Positions 53,625 through 64,000 of a stretch of DNA of 64,000 nucleotides are shown here, piece after piece; positions within the stretch are counted from its first letter, which is position 1; each line of letters begins with the position of its first letter. The notes beneath the pieces are model-generated. The model made no database searches, was not told where the DNA came from, and worked only from the letters and a program-made list of their open reading frames with translations. This DNA is from Lytechinus pictus (Eukaryota): contig NC_087250.1 in assembly GCF_037042905.1 (NCBI RefSeq), positions 20,648,001 through 20,712,000 of the forward strand. Reading direction: 5' to 3'. Both the position numbers and the translations under genes were made by a program.

Positions 53625-54550
53625 GCGAGTAATTGTTGTTTCTTTTTTGTTTGTTTAGATTTAGACTTAAAATCGGGAATTCCATGCAGTTTTATGTAGT
53701 TAAGGAAATTAAGGATATCAATGAATGATGCGAGCGGAAAGCGCGAGCTAAATTTTTTTATATTTTGACTTTTTACACGTTTTTATTTTGAAAACAGTCG
53801 GATTCCGCATTTGTAATTGGACAGGCTATGTATCCCAATAAACACGATGCAAGCGCGAAGCGCAAGCTGAAAACTTTAATTTACCGACACGAAAGAGACC
53901 ATTTTAAGCAATGTCAAACATGAAGAAAAATCAAAGAGTGGATGTGGATTTTACTATACTGTATAATGTTGCGAGCGCGATTTTTTTCGGGACTTAGACC
54001 TAAAATCAGGACATACTAATCACTGTCGGTACAGAAGCGCGAGCAGAAACCCTTTCATCTTACAACCTGAAAAATTGTACATACTAAACAATATTTGCAA
54101 TCATGAACACGATGGGTATATAATCAAACAAGTAGTGCGAGCGCAAAGCACGAGCCAGTTCTTTAAACGTTAGAATTAAAATCGAACATTCCATGCAGTT
54201 TTGGTAATCGAAAATAGGAAGGGTATCAATCAATGATGCGAGCGCGAAGCGTTGACTATTTTTTTGTATATATGGACTTGGAATCTATAAATTGTTACAC
54301 GTTTTTTTAATATAAATAACAAACTCAGATTCCACATCAGTAAATGGACAAGCTGTGACGTATCTCAATAAACATAATGCGAGCTGATTCCTTTTTTTAG
54401 TTACTGACCCAAAAAAGATAATTTTAAGCACTGTCCAAGAGGATATGGATTTTATTAAATAGTGATGCGAGCTCGAAGCGCTAGCTGGAAAAAATGGAGA
54501 TTTAGACCTTAAACAAGGACATAATAATCACTTTCTGTTCAGAAGCGCAA
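53625..54550 (+). repeat. GCGAGCGCGAAGCGCGAGC motif array with ~510-bp higher-order duplication
   Basis: Motifs at ~53729, 53849, 53971, 54137, 54238, 54379, 54467; same family as the array at 1964-3325. Confidence 0.75.
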
Positions 54551-54729
54551 CCTTAAAACTTTTTAAAATATTTTTTACTTAAAAATTTTCACAAATTCTT
54601 TATATACATGTATATATTGATATATATATATAAATAACTAACAATTGGGGGGATAAGGAATAAATATATTATGACCAAAAAAGTAGAAACATTTATTAGG
54701 TTGCTTGGAATTTACGGATATTTGGTTTA

Positions 54730-55840
54730 TTATAAGATAGGTAGGGAAGCCGATAACTTAGTGGATAATGGTAACAAGTTAAATAGTTTTACTGCTGTGT
54801 AGGAGAACAACTGTTTTTATACTTTGTTCTTGGTTTTGAGAGATGTGATGAGATTGATCTAGTAGAATAGTGATTGCGTCTCAGAAGCATAACTTGCAAT
54901 AAATAATCAGGAACAAGACCGTTTAGAGTTTTATACATAACCACTTGGTAATTATAATCCACTCTATTTTTAACAGATTGCAATTTTAGAGAGTGCAACA
55001 TATTCTGGACTGGTGTATAGTAGTCTGCATCAAATACCAAACGACAATATTCGTTTTGAAACTTCTTTAGTCGCTGCAAATCTTTCACTCTAAATGATCC
55101 CCAAACCAATGCAAACAGATGAACAGTATAGTCGATATGGGGAAAATATATATGGGCCAGTACATATTTTGTCAGATTTTAATTCTCCGCAGGCATGCTG
55201 AAGAATTCATGATCTTTTTAATGATGGAATTGACGTGAAAAGACCAGTCCAGAATATAACTAAAGGTGACACCCAGATATTTGAATTCAGTTACATTTTC
55301 TATGTATTTACCATCCATGTATATATGTGTAACTTGACTGGGTGTACCGTCCGTCCTCCGACTTGAAGATAACAAAACTTTCGTTGTATCTGTATTAACA
55401 ACTAAACCATTTTCTTTTTTCATTTACTTAAAAGATATATGTCACTTTGTAACTGTGTTTGAGCAGCTTTAACTCCATATCCAGGGGAGAATACTGCAGT
55501 ATCATCTGCATACAGAGAAATATTAGTATAAGAATGCATGGTTAAATTACCAAAGTCATTAATGAACGTACAAGCGGTAGAGGGCCCAAAGTTGAACCCT
55601 GCGATACCCCAGAATGAAAAGGTAGAAAATCACTAGTAGTGCCCTTATACGATACACATTGCTCTCTTCCAGTATGATTCAAACCATAACACGAATTTTT
55701 TAAGGCCAAATTAATATAATTTTTGATAAGGATATCGTGGGGGATAATATCAAAGGCTTTTCTAAAGTCCAAAAACAGACGACCTGTTACTCGGCATTTG
55801 TCAAGGTTATCGTATAACATATCATAAAACTCTGTTAACA
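54730..55840 (-). mobile_element. Decayed CR1/L2-group RT fragment in intron 2 of the Ly6 gene
   Basis: Peptides LFLDFRKAFDIIPHDILI, SGVSQGSTLGPL, ISLYADDTAV, EFKYLGV, MYKTLNGLVPDYL. Confidence 0.85.
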
Positions 55841-56026
55841 ACATGTGTGAGAGAGAAGAAGGGAGGAGATGGTCTTTGTTTGCGCATTTGCGCAGGGGTG
55901 TGAGTGTTTTTGTGCGTGTGTGAGGGAGAAAGATACTAAGAGAGCGAAAGAAAGATAGAGAGATAGAGAAAGAAAAGAGAGAGAGAGAGAGAGGGGGGGG
56001 GGTGGAGAGATAATCATTATCCTTAC

Positions 56027-56206
56027 CAAGGGCAATGTTGAACTCAAAGCTGTAATCGACTTTAAGACAGCCGCCCTGAGATGAACAGTCCACTACTTGG
56101 AGGTTGCCATCATCGCAAGATGGGTACCCTGACTCTGAGGTGGGTAAGTCGACATCTTCGTTGTTCCAAGAAATAGACGCACAACGAAAGCATGACTGTG
56201 AGAAGG
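56027..56206 (-). CDS. Ly6/uPAR (quiver-like) gene, coding exon 2 (AFSQSCFRC...SCDDGNLQVVDCSSQGGCLKVDYSFEFNIAL)
   Basis: Acceptor tttttatgatag|, donor G|GTAAGG, 180 nt, phase 1-1, CxxC start and 5 Cys of an LU domain. Confidence 0.9.
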
Positions 56207-57477
56207 CTATCATAAAAAACACAATAAATGAGATAGTAATAACAATAATAATAATATCAAAAAATACTAATAACGAAAATAATAATAATGATTAATAAAG
56301 AATGATTGAAATGACGATAAAAATTATATAAATTGCTTTAATAATCATGATGATGGTATTAATAATGATAGCGATAATGTCTATAGTACTACTACTACTA
56401 CTAACACTAATATAAATAGTAAAAGTAATAATAATAATAATTGTAATTATAAAAAAATGTGATAATGATAAAGATAACATATGTTAAAAGTTGAACACCA
56501 AATCCAATCTGTAGTGTGCCAAATTTGCAAAAAAAATGAGCTAAGAACTGAAAAGAAATCTATTCTGAGGATATTGTAGAAAGATTCCACAAAATAGGCT
56601 TTTTACAATGATTTTGATTTACATGTTTTTATTTTTTTTTTCATCTTCTTATATCATTCTGTTTTATTTTCATTACACAGTGAACTTTCCAAATCTAAAA
56701 TAAAATTTACAAGCTGTATTCAATCGTCAGGAATGAATTTCAGACGGACATAATATACATGACTTTGTTATACATGTTTGCACATAATTGTTTATAACTG
56801 TATAATAACTGCTGCTTTTTTAACATGGCCCCCATGGGAGATCACCAAATATGAAAACAATGAACAAATCAGTGGTGTGGAGATGGGGGGGGGGGGCGCT
56901 TCCCCCAAAAAGAAAATTGAGACATAACAAAAAAAAAAAAGAGAAGGGTGAAATATGACATAATTTTATCAATATTATGTCATAAGTTCATAAGTTCATT
57001 TTATTTGTCTTCCAACTTTGAGTTTGAATACATGACAAACATATAAGTGTGTATGAAACAATGAGCAGAGTACATGATAAAACATACAGGTATATATAAA
57101 ACAGAGTATGCAGAAAACATTGTTTTTAAATACATTATACAGCTTAAGACAGAAAAGAAACAATTTTAAAGGAAGACGAGGAGACCTAAGTGAAGCAATG
57201 CTTGTAAATTATGGTTCCTCATTACGAATTCAAAGAACATTGGATAAACAACAAAGAAATGGCAATATAATATAATATGATAACTAAATTTGATTTTTGT
57301 AATATTTTTTTTGGTCAATATCTGCCCCCTCATAATTTCGACTCTCAACGCCAAAGACGGCTGGTGCTGAAATGGCCTCCGAAATCGGAGTATATAATTT
57401 TATGAGAATCTTCAATGCATACAAAATATATCTACCAGGAAGTCTGGACAAATGTGAGAGTAACATTTTTTAGTTTG

Positions 57478-57880
57478 ATTAAGTTTGTTTAGTCAGTCAA
57501 GACCAAGAAATGTTAGTCTGATTGACTTAGTTTGTTTAGTCATCTCTTTGACTGACTAAAAGGGAAAGTCGCCTGACTAGCAATTAAAATCCCTTGACTA
57601 AAGATTAGTCCTATTAGACATCGCTAATTGAATAACCAATATTTATTAATCAAAATCGCTTGAATTACCAATATTCATTAGTCAAAGTGACTAAGTTTGT
57701 TTAGTCAGTCAGACCAAGAAATGTTAGCCTGATTGACTAAGTTTGTTTAGTCATCTCTTTGACTGACTAAAAGGGAAAGTCGCTTGACTAGCAATGAAAG
57801 TCCATTGACTCAAGATTAGTCCTATTAGACATCGCTTGAATTACCAATATTTATTAGTCAAAATTACCAATATATTTTAG
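57478..57880. repeat. ~210-bp tandem duplication rich in TTAGTC/GACTAA
   Basis: aagtttgtttagtcagtc...ctattagacatcgct repeated at ~57481 and ~57693. Confidence 0.8.
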
Positions 57881-58084
57881 TCATAGCAGCTGACTAATTA
57901 AAATTGAGCCTATTAGACATTCCATACGACTATTTTTTTGTCAAATTGACTATTTCTTACACTGTAGGGGAGGGACAATGGACATCTTTAAAATGAAAAT
58001 CTATTTCTCACGAAAATGACAATTAGTATCCCTAAATTAGACCTCAAAATAGCCAATCTGGAATAAAATTATTGGAAATGGTTT

Positions 58085-60105
58085 TTCAACTGATTTGAGT
58101 AGGTATGGGTGTCAACATTTACCAAAAAAAGTTAGGAGGAATACGGGTTGGGGAAAGAGGTGTCAAAATGCACAAATTTTTACCAGAATATCAAATAAAA
58201 TAAAATTAAGTACATAGAATGCACATTCACCGATAAAATTCAAGGTCAAAGCCTTTCAAAGGTCAATGATCTTTTTTACATTATATACCATACTGTATCA
58301 TGGTGTCTCTGAGATGATAATGTACAGGCTGGTGATCATGGTGTCAAAATGAACAGATTCTTACAAGAAGATAAAATGGAATAATTGTAAGTACCTAGAA
58401 TGGACATTCACCAATACAATTCAAGGTCAAAGCTTTCAAAAGGTCAATGACCTTTTTACATTATAAATTATATACCATACTGTATATTATACAGTATGGT
58501 ATATATAATGTAAAAAGGTCATTGACCTTCTGAAAGCTTTGACCTTGAATTATCTCTGAGATAAAAAAGGCACAGGTTGGTGATCATGGTGTCAAAATGC
58601 ACAGATTCTGCTCAGAAGATCAAATAAAATAAAATTAAGTACCTAAAATGCATATTCACCCATAAAATTTAAGGCCAAAGGTCAATGACCTTTTATACAT
58701 TATATTCCATATTATATAATGGTATCTCGAAGATAAAACGGCGCAGGTTGGTGTTCTTGGTGTCAAAATACACATATTCTTACAGGAAGATTAAATAAAA
58801 TATAAATTAAGCATTGAGAATGCACATTCACCCTTAAAACTCAATGACAAAGGTCAATGTCCTTTTTAACATAAGATAATGATAATGGTATCTCTGAGAT
58901 AAAGCACCGCAGGTTGGTAATCTTGGTGCCAAAATGCAAAGATTTGTACAAGAAGATTAAACGACACCAAAATAAGTATAAGAATAAACTTTCACCCTTG
59001 AAATCCAAGATCAGATGAAATATATATAAATCTATATATATATATGAAGAGCTCACTTGCAAAAGGGGTTAGGTCCATTTTTCATCAAATTTGTTTTTTT
59101 GGTCTCAATGTATAGATTTTTAGTAGCTCTATCAGATGATACCAAAGAAAAGTTGAAATTCCTATTTAAAAGTGATCAAAAATGGCAAAGAAAAATCACG
59201 TTTTTTTCAAAAGGGGTTAGGTCCATTTCAGTTTAGTTGCAAAAGGGATTAGGTTCACACCGAATTTTTTTGGAAAAGAATATTTTAAAAAATATGAATA
59301 AAGGTAGATTTCTTTTATACCCAATTTGATGTTGTCATGGTAGGGAATCTTGAAAATTTAGTTCCGCATAAGAATATGCAATATAGGAGAATTAAAACAA
59401 TGATTTTCTTGGAGTGGACCTAACCCCTTTTGCAAACAAACTCTTCCGAAGAGCTCATTTGTCAAAAGGGGTTAGGTCCATTGTTCATAAATTTTATTGT
59501 TTTCTGTCTCAAAACCTCTAAATTTTAAGCAGCTTTGATGAAAACAAAGAAAATTTGAAATTTACATGAAAACGTGAAAAAAAGTGGCAAAGAAAAATCA
59601 CTTTTTTAATCAAAATAGATTGGATTCATTTCAGTTTACTTGCAAAAGGGCTTAGGTCCACAATGATAATTTTTTAAAGAATTTATAGAAAAAAATTGAA
59701 GACAGGTAGATTTCTTTTATTCCCAATTTTATGTTCACATGATAGGGTAGTACATCATGACAATTTAGTTTCTCATAAGAATATTGCAGTGAGTGAGAAT
59801 AAAAAACATGGTTTTTCTCATAATGGTCCAAAGTGGACCTAAGCCCTTTTGCAAATAAACTCTTCATATATATAATCTGTATGAAAAAAAATAACATAAA
59901 AGTTCAATGACAAAGGTCAATGTCCTTTTTAACATAAGATAATGATAATGGTATCTCTGAGATGAAACACCGCAGGTTGGTGATCTTGGTGCCAAAATGC
60001 AAAGATTTGTACAAGAAGATTAAACAACACCAAAATAAGTATAAGAATAAACTTTCTCCCTTGAAATCCAAGATCAGATGAAATATATATATATATATAT
60101 ATATA
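58085..60105. repeat. ~170-245-bp tandem repeat region in intron 1
   Basis: Units ggtgtcaaaatgcacagattc...aaggtcaatgacc; near-identical 58840-59045 and 59903-60100. Confidence 0.8.
59046..59865. mobile_element. Head-to-tail dimeric TIR element with 4-bp ATAT flanks (Sola-like)
   Basis: Monomers 59046-59446 and 59448-59865, each gaagag...ctcttc with ttgcaaaaggggttaggtcc subterminal motifs. Confidence 0.75.
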
Positions 60106-60797
60106 TAATCTATTTGACATAAAAAATAACCCCAAAATTATCCTTTGTGTTCATATTATATTTGTGAATAATGTAAATAAAGATGGCTAATTTGTAATGA
60201 AAACGTGGATGTTTCATAATACAGTCTGAAATAATGAAGGTCATGGAGAATGTATTTAGGGGTCAGAGGTCAATGTACTCTTTCCAAAATATCAGTGGAA
60301 ATTAAGTAAAAAAAAGTTGATAACCAAATAACACTTCTTCGTATACTGCGATGCATTGCCAAAAGCAATGACAAAAATAAATGAAATCAAGTATATAATT
60401 TGAAATTATTTTTATCTTAAGTAGCAGCATTTAGTGCATCATAATATCTAAATCAAGGTTGTCGTGTTTTTTCTTTCCAGCGATAGGCCACTCACCTCAA
60501 TGCTATAATAAATACTATTAACTATTAACCATTTCCAATAATTTTATTCCAGATTGTTACTAATTACGGGAAACTAAATAGGCACTGAAAATGATATATC
60601 ATTTCATATCCAACTAAATAACCTCCGGCCACAAACGTCTCATACAAATTCGATTGAATGATTGAAGGAAAATTCTTGAAAATTTAATTTGTTTACGAAG
60701 TTATTTTATACAAGTTTGGCCATTTCCCTTTTCACGATTTCCGAACGGATCACTGTCTATTTTGTCTATGAAAATTCATATAGGCCTAATAAATACA

Positions 60798-60932
60798 GGT
60801 GTGTTTGCTCAGGTGGTAGAGCATAAACGTGGTGGCGGGAGTTCCATCCCTGACCGCGTCAGACCAAAATAAGCCAAAAAGATGGGACTAACTGCTACCC
60901 AGTTGGGCGTTCAAAGACTTAAGGATAGAGCA
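60798..60932 (+). mobile_element. Degenerate tRNA-headed SINE with Meta-domain-like segment
   Basis: gctcaggtggtagagc A-box, gttccatccc B-box, then gtcagaccaaaa...aaaagatggg...ctgctacccagttgggcg. Confidence 0.5.
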
Positions 60933-61278
60933 ACGTCAATAGTGAGTAGCGTGCTATTTTCTCAACCTTTTGTAGCCGTTTTGTAGACCTTTTGATAAGA
61001 TTGTTAGGAAAGGCGAATTTTGTCCATTTACATGTCGATTTCTTCATACAATTTAGTATATAAAACGGCTCCAAAGCGACAACAAAACGGCTAATTTTGT
61101 CAATTTTGCACTATTCTGCTTCCCTCACTCTCTTAACATTGATCTGTCTGGCCCACGAAAATTTTGGCAAAATGAACTTTAGGTGGATTTCTCTCTCTGA
61201 TTATTATTTCGAACAATAGACTATGGATCATAATTTTGAAAAGAATGATGTTAAAAAGAGATATAAGAGAGAGCTTAC

Positions 61279-61333
61279 CGCTTCCAAAAGACAGCGCTAC
61301 AACAAAGATCAGAATTTGGTATTTCATTTCCAT
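61279..61333 (-). CDS. Ly6/uPAR (quiver-like) gene, coding exon 1 (signal peptide MEMKYQILIFVVALSFGS)
   Basis: ATG at 61333 in good context (accgcgATGG), hydrophobic signal peptide, donor G|GTAAGC, 55 nt, phase 1, joins exon 2 in frame. Confidence 0.85.
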
Positions 61334-61409
61334 CGCGGTATCAAATTTCTCCAGTGCGTTTAGCGATAAATGCCGAATACAGTCAATGCACCAAATCCAC
61401 CAACAAAAG

Positions 61410-61612
61410 TAACTGCATTTCAATACTGACGCATCTTATAACTTTACTGGCCCCGCCCATATACTATAAATGCTGTATATTGGTTTAGCCAATAGGATGT
61501 CAAGGTCGATTAGCGAGTAGCCAATCAATGTCGTTTATGCCATTGTTCTCCGTATTCGCAATTCTGGGTTCAAGACCTCGTCAGTGGGACGCTGGTGGTG
61601 GTGGGGCGGGGT
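61410..61612 (-). promoter_or_regulatory. Probable core/proximal promoter of the Ly6/uPAR gene
   Basis: TATAA (minus strand) 61440-61436; GC boxes 61451-61458 and ~61603-61611; CCAAT boxes 61479-61483, 61489-61493, 61522-61526; Inr-like GCAGTT ~26 nt downstream of TATA. Confidence 0.6.
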
Positions 61613-62010
61613 CATGGTAGGGGGGGGGGGCAGTATTTACAGTATATCCCGGGATGTAGAACTCTACCAGTTCGTGGGTTGGAGTGTTGCGAAATACATT
61701 CATGCCTTTCATGAAATTTTTTTCGATCAAAATGGAAAATGAAAAAAAAACCAACACATTTAACAGTATTCACAAAATATTTTTAAACTTCCAAATCCAT
61801 AAGGTGTTTATTTTTTAAACAGATTTTGACTATTATTAGCGTTTTGCACACAGAAGTCTCGTGCCTGGAGTAACTCTTTGAATGAAAGGAAGACTCTACC
61901 ATTAATTTAAAAGACTATCTTTAAGGTTTTTTTTATAGATACCCCAAAGCGCATGTCACTATTCAAATTCATTACTATGCGTTTGCACTAAATCGGTTCA
62001 TGATGTAAAC

Positions 62011-62299
62011 AATAATAATAATAAAGGTATATTTACCCAGGGTAGCCACTTCAGTTCCGAAAACTGTTCTCCCAGCGGGCCCTGCTATTATTACCCGGCT
62101 AAGCTAGGCTACCTGTTGGGTGCACACAGCTTTTTGAGGAATTACTTCCTGCCGGTACCCATTTACCTCACCTGGGTCGAGTGCAGCACACTGTGGATGA
62201 ATTCCTTGCTGAAGGAAATTACGCCATGGCTGGGATTTGAACCCACGACCCTCTGTTTCAAAGTCCGGAGACTTATCCACTGGGCCACGACGCTCCACA
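62011..62299 (-). mobile_element. tRNA-derived SINE (same head and centre as 20303, different tail)
   Basis: Minus strand tgtggagcgtcgtggcccagtgg...ggttcaaatccc; (TAT)n tail. Confidence 0.85.
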
Positions 62300-64000
62300 C
62301 CAGATGTAAGCCATATGAAGATACGAAAAAAATAAATTATACATGTCTTTTACTTGATATGCTTACCGATCTTACATAAAAAATATTTAGATCGGGTGCC
62401 TGATTTAAAAAAGAATATCTGTGCTTTCGTGTCTTTTTAAAATAAGACCTTTTCTAATGCCAAATAAATAATCTTAGCAATTTTTGCTTTCTAATACCCA
62501 ATGACTAAATCTGTAATCATCGCCAAGATATGACGCTAGATGCCGACTCCACGCTCTAACGACTAAGAAAATGCCACACTTGAATTGTTGACAGGTGAAA
62601 ATACATACATTGACAACTTAACTTAAATTGTAATGTTGGAGTTTTATCTGCATATATTATGTGTCATTTATAAGAAATGATAAAATAAGGTGGAGGGTAA
62701 AACTACTTTACAACGGAGCCCTCCACCTTTATAAATATAAATTTATAACATAAACATGATAATATATGTATAAATACAAATGAAAATTAACTTAAAATCA
62801 AACAAAAGTTATTATCTATAAAATAAACATGACAAACAATATACAAATAGCGAATAGGCATGAGTGCGATGGTGCGAGATTTCGCATGATGTGAAAGAAA
62901 GATGCTCTATAAGCCAGTTCGTAGTTCCTTTCTGCGCATGATCAAAAGTTTCTACGCATGATCAGAGGAAGGTCATTTGTACTAAAGTGACATGGTGGTT
63001 TAAAATCTAATGGGATAAGCACCAACTTTGATGTCTTGATTATTCATATATTCTTTTGAATTGTGGTTTTCATTTACATCCACAAAAAACAACAATGCGT
63101 CCACGAACATGACGAACGACTGATATTTCACAGTTTGCCAAGTACATTGTGCAACATGCTATGATATGCATTCAAAGTAGGAATGCAACAAATACCTTCA
63201 TAAAGTGTTCATTGGTGTGCTATTCTAGTCACCTGGTCTATTCAATTTCTTCATCCTGCTATGTAAGGCAAGCTTACGTAATATCTTGCTTTGAAATCTG
63301 CCTATCATAATGAAAGAAATGAAAGGTCATTTGACCAAAATTGTCCATGAGTAACTACGAACTGGTCTATTCAACGAGGCGGTAGCCAAGTTGAATAGAG
63401 CGTCTCTTTCCTTCGCCGAATGCGAAATCTCGCACCATCGACCATTGCACGAATAAGAATATTAGCTTTTTGTGTTGTACAACGCCTCGGAATTTAGCGA
63501 AAATATGAAGAAAAAAAACAAGTTTATCCCTGTAGTAATCTATGAAAAGGGAGCAAAAATACTGAAAGCGAAAAGCAAAAACCCACAAGCGCACATGACC
63601 TTGGGCAGCATTGCGCATTTAGCCAGCAGGCTTATACGCGTATTGCACCTTCATTTTTACTGAGCGCAGTGAATTAAATCGTATTGTGACGTCACCTCCC
63701 AAAGCCGTGCAACGGTACATTTTGGATGGTACGTCTTTTGTGCAACGGTACGAATGTTTGACATTCAGCCTCCCATTTGCTCGCGTACAACAAGCTTAGT
63801 AGGCGTTGTACAAAACAAACAAAGGAGGAAGGAACACCAGAAAAAAGCTACGTTATAATAATAAAAAAATTGGGTAACTGGTATCCTCGTTTAAAAGAAT
63901 AAATGTAATCAGTGGATTGAACTGAAAATGAGAGTTTATTGAATAGGGAGCTTGCTTTATACGAAAAGGGTTTTCTTTTGAATTCAGCTTTAGGGAATGG

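Noticed and set aside
61133..61423. 96-aa single-exon membrane protein
   Set aside because: Starts at a non-ATG codon; only 61333-61279 is exon, the rest is UTR and intron

Overview
AT-rich eukaryotic DNA. The repeat families and poly-G-tract MITEs resemble echinoid (sea urchin) DNA; this is inference from pattern recognition, not a database match. There is no prokaryotic-type system and no CRISPR array. One intact host gene is supported: a 3-exon minus-strand gene (CDS 61333-61279, 56206-56027, 52012-51753; 164 aa) for a GPI-anchored 10-cysteine Ly6/uPAR three-finger protein of the invertebrate quiver-like type, with a TATA/GC/CCAAT promoter. The rest is a dense transposon landscape. It includes a near-intact APE-RT LINE (three lesions, ORF2 rebuilds to 988 aa) and a 9-kb PIF/Harbinger element with perfect 43-bp TIRs carrying a decayed spliced MADF (Myb/SANT-like) gene that the ORF track misses. 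It also holds a decayed L1/Tx1 element, two more decayed CR1/L2-group LINEs, tRNA-derived SINEs, and many nested non-autonomous DNA elements with 2-, 3-, 4-, 8- and 9-bp TSDs. Unexplained structures: a 1.4-kb mosaic of short palindromes behind the Harbinger promoter, a ~180-bp-phased motif array with diverged spacers, GCGAAGC mini-hairpin arrays, fold-back palindromes, and clustered perfect IR1 nuclear-receptor elements in intron 1 of the gene. I cannot claim a new biological system from this window alone.
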